Origin: a bacterium
GTDB lineage: Bacteria; Chloroflexota; Dormibacteria; Aeolococcales; Bog-877
Assembly (NCBI GenBank): GCA_021827985.1
Contig: JAKATL010000002.1
Location: 846-64,845, forward strand
DNA length: 64,000 nucleotides
Reading direction: 5' to 3'
The position numbers were made by a program, and so were the translations under genes. How positions within the stretch are numbered: the first letter of the stretch is position 1; every line of letters starts with the position of its first letter. Under the pieces are notes generated by a model that saw only the letters and a program-made list of their open reading frames with translations, did no database searches and was not told the origin of the DNA. Shown piece after piece: positions 1 to 9,509 of the stretch.

Positions 1-603
1 CTTGTCCAGGATGGTGGACACGTAATTCTTGACGGTCTTCTCGGCCAGGTGCAGCTCGGCGGCGATCTCCCGGTTGGTGCGCCCGGCCGCCACCCGGCTC
101 AGGATGCGCTCCTCCTGGGCCGAGAGGCGGGCCAGCCGCTCGTCGCGAAGCCGGCTCCTGGCCTCCCGCCACTGGTCGAGGACCGTCCTCGTCAGGGCCG
201 GGTCCAGCAGGCTTCCCCCCGCCCCGATGGCCCGGACGGCGGCCACAATCTCCCCACCCCGGATCTGCTTCAGGAGATAACCGGTCGCGCCGGCCATGAT
301 CGAAGCGAACAGCGCCTCGTCGTCCGCGAAGGACGTGAGCATGAGGACCTTCGTCCCGGGCCTCCGGGCCCTGATCTCCCTGGTCGCCTCAATCCCGCTC
401 CCCGATCCCAGGCGCACGTCCATGAGAACGACATCAGGGCTGGTGCGGTCGGCCTCCCGGATCGCTGCTGCCTCGTCCCCGGCCTCGGCGACGATTTCGA
501 ACTCCCCCGAAGCGCCCAGGACCGCGCGGAGGCCATCGCGGACCAGCTCGTGGTCGTCCACCAGCATCACGCGCAACCGACGGGGAAGCGGTTGGTCAGC
601 CAT
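1..603 (-). CDS. NarL/LuxR-family response regulator, DosR/DevR-like (3' end runs off window)
   Basis: Manual translation from ATG 603: MADQPLPRRLRVMLVDDHELVRDGL...DVVLMDVRL...LTSFADDEALFASIMAGATGYLLK...TNREIAAELHLAEKTVKNYVSTILDK; REC + LuxR HTH. Not in the ORF track because there is no stop in the window. Confidence 0.92.
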   Translation of the reverse strand, partial: MADQPLPRRLRVMLVDDHELVRDGLRAVLGASGEFEIVAEAGDEAAAIREADRTSPDVVLMDVRLGSGSGIEATREIRARRPGTKVLMLTSFADDEALFASIMAGATGYLLKQIRGGEIVAAVRAIGAGGSLLDPALTRTVLDQWREARSRLRDERLARLSAQEERILSRVAAGRTNREIAAELHLAEKTVKNYVSTILDK

Positions 604-2206
604 GGGGCACCACCAGCCGTAGGCGGGCGCCCTGGCCGGGTACGGAGGTGATCGCCAGCCTGCCCCCAATCCCTCGAGCTCGATCCCGCATGTTCTGCAA
701 GCCCTGGCCGCGTCCCCGCGCCTTGCGGACGGCGAAACCTCGGCCGTCGTCGGAGATGGTGACCACCGTGGACCTCGCGCCAGCCCGGACCCGGACCCGG
801 CAGCTGGTGGCCTGGGCATGACGGCCGACGTTGGACAGTGCCTCTCTCGCCAGCTGTAGCAGCTCGCCCGCCTGAGCGCCGAGCCGCTCCTCCACGTCTC
901 CCTCCACCTCCACCACTGTGCGGACGCCGCACCGATCCTGGAAATCCGCCCCCAGACGAAGCAGGGCCTCGGACAGGCGGCTGGAGCCCAAGATTCCGGG
1001 CCGGAGCCCGAAGATGTACTGGCGCAGGTCGCCGATCACCTGATCGAGCTCCAGCACCGCTCTTTCGAGCCGCTGGCGGGTGACCTCGTCGGCGGCCGGA
1101 GCCACAGCCTGCAATCCCATGCCGACGGCGAAGAGGGACTGGATGACCCCATCGTGGAGCTCCCGGGCGATCCTCTCCCGCTCGTCCAGCAGGGCCAGCC
1201 GCTGCCGCTCCAGCTGGCTTTGCTGGAACTCCAGCGCCACGGCGCTCTGGGCTGCCAGCGCAGCGAGCATCTCGACCACTTCTGATTCCGGCGGCGGGGC
1301 CCCGGCTGGCCCCAGGGCCAGGAGTGATCCTCGGTTCGGGCCCCCTTCCCCGAAGGGCAGGACCGCCAGCGGCGCCGTCTCTGGACCTCTGCCGGGCCGG
1401 GCCGTGGTCGGGACCTGGATCACCAGCTGGCTCCCCCGGCGGATCGCGCTGACGACCGGATCCCGGGGGCCGGCGCCGAGCCTCCGGGTGAGGGTCCGGG
1501 CATGAGGACCAGCGGCGGCCAGCACCTCGGGTACCGGGCGGCTCCCGCCGTCCGCGCGAACCAGCAGGGACGACCCACCACCGACCAGTTCCCGACTGTG
1601 CGCGGCCACCAGCCGCAGGACAGCGGACGGCTCGCTCCCGGCCAGTGCGGCCTGAGCCACCTCCTGTAGCGCTCCCAGCCAGAGCTGTCGGGCCACTGCC
1701 CGCTCGTAGAGGGTGGCATTGGCGATGGCGACTGCGGCCTGGCCCGCGAGCACCTCCAGTGCCAGCTGGTCCTCCGCAGTGAAGGGGAGCCCGCCGCGCT
1801 TCTCGGTGAGGTAGATGCTGCCGAAGACCGTGTGGCGGACCACCACGGGCGCTCCCAGGAAGGTCCTCATGGGCGGGTGATGGGGCGGGAATCCCACTGA
1901 CCTGGGGTCCGAGCCGATGTCCTCCAGGCGCAGTGGCGGCCCGGGACGGAGCAGGGCCCCGAGGATCCCCCGCCCCTCTGGCGGGCTGCCGATCCGGCGT
2001 CGCTCGCCGGAGCTGACTCCGTGGGTGATGAATTGAGAGATCCCCCCACCCGGGCCGAGAACTCCAAGCGCCCCGTAGCGAGCCTCGGTGACCCGGCAGG
2101 CGAGCTTCACGATCCGCTGCAGCAGTGACGACAGGGAGAGCTCGGAGGTGAGCGCCAGGCCCGCCTCCAGCAGCAGGTCACGGCGATCGGGGCTGGCGCT
2201 GGCCAC
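596..2206 (-). CDS. GAF-domain sensor histidine kinase, DosS/DosT-like
   Basis: GAF with ARYGALGV and GFPPHHPPMRTFLGAP; H-box ERERIARELHDGVIQSLF; HATPase EALSNVGRHA, DDGRGF, GQGLQNM; overlaps the response regulator start. Confidence 0.9.
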   Translation of the reverse strand: MASASPDRRDLLLEAGLALTSELSLSSLLQRIVKLACRVTEARYGALGVLGPGGGISQFITHGVSSGERRRIGSPPEGRGILGALLRPGPPLRLEDIGSDPRSVGFPPHHPPMRTFLGAPVVVRHTVFGSIYLTEKRGGLPFTAEDQLALEVLAGQAAVAIANATLYERAVARQLWLGALQEVAQAALAGSEPSAVLRLVAAHSRELVGGGSSLLVRADGGSRPVPEVLAAAGPHARTLTRRLGAGPRDPVVSAIRRGSQLVIQVPTTARPGRGPETAPLAVLPFGEGGPNRGSLLALGPAGAPPPESEVVEMLAALAAQSAVALEFQQSQLERQRLALLDERERIARELHDGVIQSLFAVGMGLQAVAPAADEVTRQRLERAVLELDQVIGDLRQYIFGLRPGILGSSRLSEALLRLGADFQDRCGVRTVVEVEGDVEERLGAQAGELLQLAREALSNVGRHAQATSCRVRVRAGARSTVVTISDDGRGFAVRKARGRGQGLQNMRDRARGIGGRLAITSVPGQGARLRLVVPHG

Positions 2207-2232
2207 TGGATAGAGCAGAACTGTAGCAGCGG

Positions 2233-2277
2233 GGCAGGGCCGAAGGTCCCGAAATTGGCGGGACCTTCGGCCCTGCC
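2233..2277. promoter_or_regulatory. Two DosR/DevR-type boxes forming a perfect 19-bp inverted repeat
   Basis: GGGCCGAAGGTCCC (2237-2250) and GGGACCTTCGGCCC (2260-2273) match the GGGACT-NN-AGTCCC DosR core; arms 2233-2251 and 2259-2277 are exact reverse complements; located in the divergent intergenic region next to the dosS/dosR-like pair. Confidence 0.75.
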
Positions 2278-2282
2278 GCTTC

Positions 2283-2298
2283 TAGGGGATATCCCCTA
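2283..2298. promoter_or_regulatory. Perfect 16-bp palindrome TAGGGGATATCCCCTA, candidate operator
   Basis: Self-complementary; lies between the DosR boxes and the RBS (AGGAGG ~2330) of the polyferredoxin gene. Confidence 0.45.
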
Positions 2299-2345
2299 CC
2301 GTCACCGGTGGAATCCCTCGAGTGCCACAGGAGGTGCATCCCACA

Positions 2346-3896
2346 ATGGCCCTGCCGCTGAAGGAACTCCCGGTCCGCGACCTACCCAGCCGGGTGCGCC
2401 AGCCCTCCCGAGCGGGGCTGGAGGCCCATTTCGGGCCGACCGATCCACAGGTCGACATCTCCCGCGATCCCAGGGTGCGGCGCCTGCTGCGCAGCCGCCC
2501 CTTCCAGTTCATGCTGATCCTGCCCAACCAGATCATCTTCTGGCTGGTGATCGTGACTGGCCTGGTGGGCATCCTGGCGCCCACCCACAACTTCGCCACC
2601 GTGATCACCTGGTACATCTGGTTCTGCGCCGTGTTCCTGCTCATGGTGGGGATCGGCCGCGGCTGGTGCGTCATGTGTCCCTTCGGCGGCTTCGCTGAGT
2701 GGGTACAGCGCCACACGTTCTGGAAGCGTCACGCCATCTCCATCGGCCTTCACCTGCGCTGGCCAGAGCGGCTCACCAAGTGGGCGCTGCTGCCCTCGGT
2801 GGCCATGTTCCTCGGCCTCACCTGGTTCGAGGAGTACTTCAACATCGCCGGTCCCGGCGATCCTCGGTTCACCAGCTTCCTGGTCTTCTTCGTGATCGGC
2901 TCGGCGCTCATCACCTTCCTCCTCTTCGAGCGGCGCACCTTCTGCCGCTACCTCTGCCCGCTCACGGCCCTGATCGGGACCGTGGGCTCCACCGGAATGG
3001 TGGCCGGGATGCGCACCCGCGACCGGGAGCGCTGCCTGACCTGCCCCACCAAGGACTGCATGCGGGGCAGCGAGCGTGGCTACCCCTGCCCCTGGTACGA
3101 GTGGCCGGGGAGCGCCACCTCCAACCTGATGTGCGGGCTGTGCACCGAATGCATCAAGAACTGCCCCTACGACAACGTTGGGGTCTACGTCCAGAAGCCG
3201 CTCACCTCGGTCGTGGCGCCGGTGCGCCGCCGGGTCGATGTGGCCTGGGCGGTGGCCATCCTGTTCGGGCTGGTGATCTTCCAGCAGGTGAACGCGCTGC
3301 CCTTCTACGCACCTCTGGACCGCTGGCTCAACCTGCACACCGGGTTCCCCGGCTACCCCAACCCGGTCGACTACCTGGCGATCATCGGTTTGGTCGCCCT
3401 CCTGGTGGCCGCCTACGCCTTCGGGGTGCGGGAGCTCTTGGCCAAGCGCAGCGTCGCCCTGGTGAGGTCCCTGCGCCGCGTGCCGGGAAGGGCCGGCTCC
3501 TTCACCAGCTGGTTCGCTCCTCTCGCCTATGGGTTCATCCCCCTCATGGCTGCGGACTACCTCGCCCGCCAGTTGCCGCGGTTCTGGTACCACGCGCCCC
3601 GGATCGTCCCCGCCATCTCGGATCCCTTCGGGTTCGGCTGGAACCTCTTCGGGACGGCCCACTCCTCCCTCTACAACCTGCACCTCCTGACCCCGCAGGG
3701 GGTGGTCATCAGCCAGGTGGTGGTCACCGCCATCGGCACCCTGGGCGCCGCGTACGCCACCTGGCGGATCTCGGGGCGCGACCTGGCGCCCCTCACCTCC
3801 CGGTTGGCCAGCCTGAGGCTGATCGGCACCTCCGCGGTGGTGGTTGCCGGCCTCGGTGTGGCGGCTCTCTACGTGGCCATGGGTGGGATCCAGTGA
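2346..3896 (+). CDS. Membrane 4Fe-4S-binding polyferredoxin (NapH/MauN/YccM-like)
   Basis: Many TM helices; GRGWCVMCPFG and RTFCRYLCP motifs, CLTCPTKDC, CGLCTECIKNCP; AGGAGG upstream of ATG 2346. Confidence 0.82.
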   Translation: MALPLKELPVRDLPSRVRQPSRAGLEAHFGPTDPQVDISRDPRVRRLLRSRPFQFMLILPNQIIFWLVIVTGLVGILAPTHNFATVITWYIWFCAVFLLMVGIGRGWCVMCPFGGFAEWVQRHTFWKRHAISIGLHLRWPERLTKWALLPSVAMFLGLTWFEEYFNIAGPGDPRFTSFLVFFVIGSALITFLLFERRTFCRYLCPLTALIGTVGSTGMVAGMRTRDRERCLTCPTKDCMRGSERGYPCPWYEWPGSATSNLMCGLCTECIKNCPYDNVGVYVQKPLTSVVAPVRRRVDVAWAVAILFGLVIFQQVNALPFYAPLDRWLNLHTGFPGYPNPVDYLAIIGLVALLVAAYAFGVRELLAKRSVALVRSLRRVPGRAGSFTSWFAPLAYGFIPLMAADYLARQLPRFWYHAPRIVPAISDPFGFGWNLFGTAHSSLYNLHLLTPQGVVISQVVVTAIGTLGAAYATWRISGRDLAPLTSRLASLRLIGTSAVVVAGLGVAALYVAMGGIQ

Positions 3897-3927
3897 CGCC
3901 CGCGGGAGCAAGGTGGGGGAGCCTCAG

Positions 3928-5754
3928 ATGAGTGTCGATCTCCGGGAGGGAACCGGGTCCGCGCTGGCAGCTCCGGCCCGGCACGCTGAGGTGCGGGTGG
4001 ACAGCGAGCGCTGCGTCGGCTGCCAGGAGTGTGTCGTGCGCTGCCCCACGGGGGCGCTGGATTTGGACCAGGAGCGGTGGATCGCCCGCGCCGACGACCG
4101 CCTCTGTGTCGGCTGCCGGCAGTGCCAGCGGGTATGCCCCTACTCCGCCATCTTTGTAAAGGGCCCCACGGTGGTCGGGCCGCGGCACGTGTCTCTCACC
4201 CTGTATCCCAGCCGCCTGCGCGGCAACACCACTGAGGTGAGGCGGGGGTTCAGCACCTGGAAGGACGCCCTGCGCGAGGCCGATCGGTGCCTCGCCTGTC
4301 CGGATCCGACCTGCCTCGAGGGATGCCCGGCGCACAACGACATCCCCCGCTTCATCGCCGCCATCCGGGAACGGGACCTGCAGGGAGCACACGCGGTCCT
4401 GCGCGAGACCTCGGTCCTGCCGGACATCTGCAGCCGGGTCTGTGACCAGAGCGTCCAGTGCGAAGGGGCCTGCACCTGGGCCCTGGCGGGCGGGGAGCCG
4501 GTGGCCATAGGGCTGCTGGAAAGGTTCGTCACGGAACGAGCGCCGGTGCCCCCTCCCCAGGTGGGAGTGCCCACCTCCAACCCGCTCAAGGTGGCGGTGG
4601 TGGGTTCAGGGCCTGCCGGCTGCGCCGCGGCCTGGGAGCTGCTGGAAGCGGGGGCCAGAGTGACCATGTACGAGAAGGACGCCGAGCCAGGCGGGGTCCC
4701 GAGATGGGGCGTCCCCGACTTCACCCTCCCCAACGATGTCGCGCGTCGGCCGGTGCTGGCCCTCCAGGAGGCGGGACTGGAGCTGAGGACCGGGTGCTCT
4801 GTAGGCGTCGACGTCACCCTGGCCCAGCTGCTGGAGGAGCACGACGCACTCCTCCTCGCCCACGGAGCGAGCATTCCACTGATCCCGCCGGTGCCGGGAA
4901 GGGAGCTCTCTGGAGTCGAGGACGCCACCACCTTTCTCTGGCGGGCGAAGCGGGCCCTGGAATCGGGGACCACGTTGCCCGAGCTGGGGCCGGGAGCGCG
5001 GGTTCTGGTGGTCGGTGGAGGCAACACGGCCATGGACGTGGCGCGCAGCGTCCGCCGCCTGGGAGCGGAGGTGACCGCTGTGGAGTGGATGGATGAGCGG
5101 TTCACCAGGGTGAGGCGGGATGAGCTGGCCGAGGCCAGGGAGGAGGGGGTCGAGGTCCGTTTCTCCACAACCCTCGAGCGGCTGGAGGGTGACGCCCTGG
5201 GGGTATCGGCGGCCTGGCTGCGCCCCACGGTGCAGCGCCGGGTCGGCGACCGCCCCAAGATCGCGGGTGGCAAGCCGGAACGCCTCAGCGTGAACCGGGT
5301 CGTCTTTGCCCTGGGCTATAGAGTGGACTCAGCGGTCGCGGCGTCCCTGGTCAACCTACCGCTGCCGCCGGTCGACCTCAGAAAGGCGATTCCGCCCCGC
5401 CGATGGCTGGCGAGCGGGATCCTCGCCGGAGGTTCGGTGGGGCCCCTGGCCCTGGCCCGCGAGGTGACGCTGGCGGCGGCCGAGTCGCCTGCGCAGCGGA
5501 GTGGGTGGCTGAAAGCCCGCCGCGGTTCGGCGGGGAACGTCCCGGGAGGGAGGGCGGGGTGGTGGACCTGGCTCTGGAGGGAGCAAGGGGTGGTGGGACT
5601 GGATGCCGCCGGGGCCCCGAGGGGGGAGAGGGTGTGGGCCGTGGGGGACGCTCTGGTGGGGCCCTCCACCGTGGTCGGCGCCATGGCCCAGGGACGCGAG
5701 GCGGCGAAGGCTATCCTGGCCGGCTGCCGGCCCCGGGCGGAGTCCCCCATGTGA
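3928..5754 (+). CDS. Ferredoxin-fused FAD/NAD(P) oxidoreductase, GltD/NfnB/SudA-like
   Basis: Two CxxCxxCxxxCP motifs; ADRCLACPDPTCLEGCP, ICSRVCDQSVQCEGAC; VVGSGPAG, VVGGGNTAMD, GDALVGPSTVVGAMAQGR. Confidence 0.88.
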   Translation: MSVDLREGTGSALAAPARHAEVRVDSERCVGCQECVVRCPTGALDLDQERWIARADDRLCVGCRQCQRVCPYSAIFVKGPTVVGPRHVSLTLYPSRLRGNTTEVRRGFSTWKDALREADRCLACPDPTCLEGCPAHNDIPRFIAAIRERDLQGAHAVLRETSVLPDICSRVCDQSVQCEGACTWALAGGEPVAIGLLERFVTERAPVPPPQVGVPTSNPLKVAVVGSGPAGCAAAWELLEAGARVTMYEKDAEPGGVPRWGVPDFTLPNDVARRPVLALQEAGLELRTGCSVGVDVTLAQLLEEHDALLLAHGASIPLIPPVPGRELSGVEDATTFLWRAKRALESGTTLPELGPGARVLVVGGGNTAMDVARSVRRLGAEVTAVEWMDERFTRVRRDELAEAREEGVEVRFSTTLERLEGDALGVSAAWLRPTVQRRVGDRPKIAGGKPERLSVNRVVFALGYRVDSAVAASLVNLPLPPVDLRKAIPPRRWLASGILAGGSVGPLALAREVTLAAAESPAQRSGWLKARRGSAGNVPGGRAGWWTWLWREQGVVGLDAAGAPRGERVWAVGDALVGPSTVVGAMAQGREAAKAILAGCRPRAESPM

Positions 5755-7295
5755 GCGCGGCCACCGAGCCGGGGTCCGGGGTGCCACCGGTACCGACCTT
5801 CCGGGAGATCCTGGGATCGGTGCTGAGACCGCCGCTCCGAGACCACCGGTTCTGGGTGATCCAGGCGCTCATCCTGGCCATCGTGTCCGGGCATCTGGCC
5901 CTGGACCTGCGCGGGGCCAGCCTCCCCGGTGGCATACCCGACTACCCGACAGTGGGGCTCTTCCTTCTGCCCGTGATCTATGCCGCGCTCCGTTTTGGCC
6001 TGGGCGGCGCCTGCGCCAGCGCCGCCTGGGGGACGGTCCTCATGCTGCCTGACCTGGTGGTCCTGGACTCGCGCTTCGACCTATGGGGTGATGGCACGCT
6101 GCTGGCCATATCCTGCGTTGTGGCCGTGGCCGTTGGTCAACGGGTGGAGCGGGAGGCTTCCGCCCGCCGGGGGATGGGTGCCGCCCTGGCCGCCCACCGG
6201 GCCGCTGAAGCACGCTTCCGGGCAATTTTCGAGGCCTCTTCAGTGCCGGCGCTGGTGGTGGACGCGAGCGGCCGGCTGCGCCAGAGCAACCCCGCCGCAG
6301 CAGAGCTGTTCGGGAGCCGGCTCGAGCAGGGCGGCCTGGCGGAGTTGATCGGAAGGGAGTCCAGCGCGAGCCTCCTCGGTGGCTCACCGCCCTCCGAGCT
6401 GGTGTTCACCTCAGCCTCCCAGGCGGAGCTGGTGTTGCACCCCCTGCTGACCAAGCTGCGCGATGAAGGAGCGGGTGACCTGTTCCAGGTCGCCTTCCAG
6501 GACGTCACCAAGGAGGCCGAGCGCCAGCGGTTGACGGCGGCGTACGCGGCCCAGGCCAGGCAGGCGCAGGAGGACGACCGGGAACGCCTCGCCCGGGACA
6601 TCCACGATGAACCTCTGCAGACGCTGATCTACCTCGCCCGGCGCCTGGAGGCCGTGGGCCACCGGGAGGGTCAGCCCGAGTCGTCGCGTGATGAGCTGGA
6701 AGCCTTGCGGGTGGGGATCCTGGGCGTCGTGGCCGAGTTGCGCCGGTTGGCCGACAGTCTCCGCCCTCCGGCGCTGGATGATCTGGGCCTGGAGACCTCC
6801 CTTCGCCAGCTGGCCAAGGCCTTCGCCGCCCGCACCGGACTGGGCACGACGGTGTCCACCAGGGGCACGGAACTTCCCCTGGACCGGGAGCGCAGGACCG
6901 ATGTCTACCGAGTCGTCCAGGAAGCGCTCGGCAACGTGGAGCGCCATGCTGCATCGACGAGGGTGTTGGTGAGGATCATCTTCACCCGGACGGCCCTGCG
7001 GGTCCTGGTCGTCGACGATGGCCGGGGCTTTTCCCTGGACTCCCCGCCCCCCGGCCGGGGAATGGTGGCGATGCGAGAGCGTGCGGCGCTGGCGGGGGGT
7101 CGCGTCGACATAAGGTCGCGTCCCGGGCACGGTACAGCCGTCCGAGTCACGGTGCCGATCGGCGGCGCCCGCGAGTCTGTGAGCGGGCCAAGAAGGGAGC
7201 CACCGCTGGCACCTGCCGCTGCCCGCAGACCTCCGCTGCCCACTTCTCGCGACGCCATGGGCGGCACGGACTTTGCCATCGCGGCCCAGGCCTGA
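5751..7295 (+). CDS. Membrane PAS-domain sensor histidine kinase (NarX/UhpB-type)
   Basis: GTG 5751 overlaps the upstream stop; TM region; PAS-like RFRAIFEASSVPALVVD; RERLARDIHDEPLQ, LRPPALDDLGL, QEALGNVERHA, DDGRGF. Confidence 0.88.
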   Translation: MSAATEPGSGVPPVPTFREILGSVLRPPLRDHRFWVIQALILAIVSGHLALDLRGASLPGGIPDYPTVGLFLLPVIYAALRFGLGGACASAAWGTVLMLPDLVVLDSRFDLWGDGTLLAISCVVAVAVGQRVEREASARRGMGAALAAHRAAEARFRAIFEASSVPALVVDASGRLRQSNPAAAELFGSRLEQGGLAELIGRESSASLLGGSPPSELVFTSASQAELVLHPLLTKLRDEGAGDLFQVAFQDVTKEAERQRLTAAYAAQARQAQEDDRERLARDIHDEPLQTLIYLARRLEAVGHREGQPESSRDELEALRVGILGVVAELRRLADSLRPPALDDLGLETSLRQLAKAFAARTGLGTTVSTRGTELPLDRERRTDVYRVVQEALGNVERHAASTRVLVRIIFTRTALRVLVVDDGRGFSLDSPPPGRGMVAMRERAALAGGRVDIRSRPGHGTAVRVTVPIGGARESVSGPRREPPLAPAAARRPPLPTSRDAMGGTDFAIAAQA

Positions 7296-7296
7296 G

Positions 7297-7824
7297 ATGT
7301 TCCTGCGCTACTACTGTGAGCTGGCCCAGGGCTTCGAGGCCACTGCGGACCGCCTTCTCGAGGCGCCCGAGAGCTGGCTGCCGGTGCTTGCCAGCAGCGC
7401 CAGTGCCCGGGCCGAACTGCTGTTGGCAGAGGTCGGCTTCGGCCTGGTGGGTCGGCGGGTGGGAAAGCACGTGCGGGTCCGCTTGGGAACGGCGATGAGA
7501 TCTCCTGGCCGGCTGGTGCTGCCGCTCACCTGGCTGGCCACAGGCCCCTCCTCCCTGTTCCCCGCGTTCGAAGGAGAGCTGGAGGTGGGAGCCATGGGAA
7601 GCGGGTGGAGCCAGCTGGTGATCAGCGTGAACTACAGGCCGCCCCTGGGCGCGGTGGGCAAGACCTTCGACCGCCTCGCCCTCCACCGGGTGGCGGAGGC
7701 CACCATCAAGGACTTTCTGGATCGGGCTGCCATCCGCCTGGCTGGTGAGGAGCGGGCCCTGCCCGACAAAGGTCCGCTTCCCTCACGGCGGCAACCGAGG
7801 CACCGGGCGGCGGCCTCTCCCTGA
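7297..7824 (+). CDS. Conserved hypothetical protein (possible SRPBCC-like fold)
   Basis: ATG 2 nt after the kinase stop; LFPAFEGELEV and YRPPLGAVG..DRLALHRVAEATIKDFL resemble an actinobacterial hypothetical family. Confidence 0.65.
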   Translation: MFLRYYCELAQGFEATADRLLEAPESWLPVLASSASARAELLLAEVGFGLVGRRVGKHVRVRLGTAMRSPGRLVLPLTWLATGPSSLFPAFEGELEVGAMGSGWSQLVISVNYRPPLGAVGKTFDRLALHRVAEATIKDFLDRAAIRLAGEERALPDKGPLPSRRQPRHRAAASP

Positions 7825-7846
7825 GGCGGTTGGGGAGGTGCCCAGG

Positions 7847-8275
7847 CTACTGGAAGAGTCGGATCGCCGCCGCGCCCCGGGTGGTGAACGGCCCCGCCAC
7901 CAGCCAGTCGCCGGCGTTCCCCTCTTCAAGCATCTGCACCTGGACCACCCGTGGCGGGGCGCCCGGGTTGGTCACCTCCACCTGGCAGGTGACCTGATTC
8001 AGGTTGATCACCCGGCAGCTGCCCACCTTGTAGCTGGCGTGAGCCGCGTTCACGCCAGCGAAGAAGGGGAGGAAGGGGGTGGCCGCCTCGGCGGGGTTGG
8101 TGAGCAGCGTGTAGGCGTAGACCACCGAGTGGGCCCTAACGTCTGCCAGGAAGCCGCGCAGAGCCAGACGGGCAGCGGTGGCCGGGCTGGCGCAGGCGGC
8201 GAGAAGCAGGCCGGCGGTGACCACGAGCCCGGCGGCCGCCCCGGGGCGGCGCCAGCTAGCCGGTGACGACCACAC
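7847..8275 (-). CDS. Hypothetical lipoprotein (start uncertain)
   Basis: Lipobox-like LLLAAC after a hydrophobic stretch; directly downstream of the cupredoxin gene. Confidence 0.55.
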   Translation of the reverse strand: MWSSPASWRRPGAAAGLVVTAGLLLAACASPATAARLALRGFLADVRAHSVVYAYTLLTNPAEAATPFLPFFAGVNAAHASYKVGSCRVINLNQVTCQVEVTNPGAPPRVVQVQMLEEGNAGDWLVAGPFTTRGAAAIRLFQ

Positions 8276-8741
8276 GGCCCAGCATTCCCGGGTGGAGGGT
8301 GCAGTAATAGTCGTAGACGCCGGGGGAGAGGAACTGGACGGCCCACTTGAAGCCGGCCCCCTTGGTGGGAGAGTTGACCAGCTCCTGGTCGATCCACCAG
8401 ACGTTGTGCTGGTCGTAGTGGTCGGTCCAGACCCACTCCACCACCGAGCCCACCTTCACGGTCAGCGACTCGGGCACGAACTCGCCCACGGTGTTGACGT
8501 TGTGGTAGATGATCACCGTGTATTCCGGGTTGGCCGGGGGCTTGGGCAGGACGCGCAGGGAGAGGGCGCTGTTGGGCTGGCTCACCTGGTTGCCGGGCGG
8601 GATCGCGAGGTGGGCGTCAGTTGGGTCGCCGACGTCCCCGAAGGCGGAGCAACTCGAGAGCAGGGCCGCCAGGAGCAGGGCGGCCAGAGGCGCGACTAGG
8701 CGCCCGCGGCCAAGGAGCCGTAGGGGATGGCGCAGCGGCAT
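8256..8741 (-). CDS. Plastocyanin/azurin-family cupredoxin lipoprotein
   Basis: Signal peptide with LLSSC; type-1 Cu ligands HNV...YYCTLHPGM; TATCCT-N6-ATG at 8741. Confidence 0.85.
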   Translation of the reverse strand: MPLRHPLRLLGRGRLVAPLAALLLAALLSSCSAFGDVGDPTDAHLAIPPGNQVSQPNSALSLRVLPKPPANPEYTVIIYHNVNTVGEFVPESLTVKVGSVVEWVWTDHYDQHNVWWIDQELVNSPTKGAGFKWAVQFLSPGVYDYYCTLHPGMLGRVVVTG

Positions 8742-8804
8742 GGGCTCAGGATACCGGGCCGCCACCGTCTCACGGCGGGCTGCCGCGAGCCCTAGGCTGA
8801 TCCG

Positions 8805-9509
8805 GTGCCCGGTATCCCGCCACCCTCGCCCCGAACCCCCCGCCAGCGGGCTCTGGCTGCGGTCTCCGCTCTAAAGGAGCTGTATCCGGCGGTCTGCGCA
8901 CTATCCCACTCCAACCCCCTGGAGCTTCTGGTCGCCACCATCCTCTCCGCCCAGACCACCGACGAGAGGGTCAACCAGGTGACTCCGGAGCTGTTCCGCC
9001 GGATGCGGACGGCGGCGGACTACGCGGGTGCCGACCTAGCGGAGCTCGAGGAGCTCATCCACCCCACGGGCTTCTTTCGCGCCAAGGCGCGCAACCTGGT
9101 GGGCATGGGCCAGGCGCTGCTGGAGCGCTTCGACGGTCAGGTGCCGGAAACCATGGAGGAGCTGGTGCAGCTTCCCGGCGTGGGCAGGAAGACCGCCAAC
9201 GTGGTGCTGGGTGTCGGATTCGGCATCCCGGGGTTCCCGGTCGACACCCATGTGGCCCGGCTGGCCAACCTGCTCGGGCTGGTGCGAACGCGGGATCCGG
9301 TGAAGATCGAGGCCCTGGTCTGCCAGATGGTGCCGAAGGAGGAATGGTCCGGCTTCAGCCTCCGCCTCATCCAGCATGGGCGCCAGGTGTGCATCGCCCG
9401 CCGACCCCGGTGCGCGCTCTGCCCCATGTCCAGCTGGTGCCCCTCGGCGGTGGTGGACCCGCAGCGTCCCCTCAAAGGTCCCGGAACTGGGGAGCGCGCC
9501 GCTCCCTGA
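8805..9509 (+). CDS. nth: Endonuclease III
   Basis: LLVATILSAQTTDERVN, HhH LPGVGRKTANVV, VDTHV, Fe-S CIARRPRCALCPMSSWCP. Confidence 0.96.
   Translation: MPGIPPPSPRTPRQRALAAVSALKELYPAVCALSHSNPLELLVATILSAQTTDERVNQVTPELFRRMRTAADYAGADLAELEELIHPTGFFRAKARNLVGMGQALLERFDGQVPETMEELVQLPGVGRKTANVVLGVGFGIPGFPVDTHVARLANLLGLVRTRDPVKIEALVCQMVPKEEWSGFSLRLIQHGRQVCIARRPRCALCPMSSWCPSAVVDPQRPLKGPGTGERAAP

Noticed and set aside
2233-2277. 19-bp hairpin as an intrinsic terminator
   Set aside because: Lies between divergent gene starts, has no U-tract, and each arm matches a DosR box.
3928-5754. Glutamate synthase small subunit gltD
   Set aside because: No gltB adjacent, and it carries an extra N-terminal ferredoxin and an insert; GltD-like fold only.
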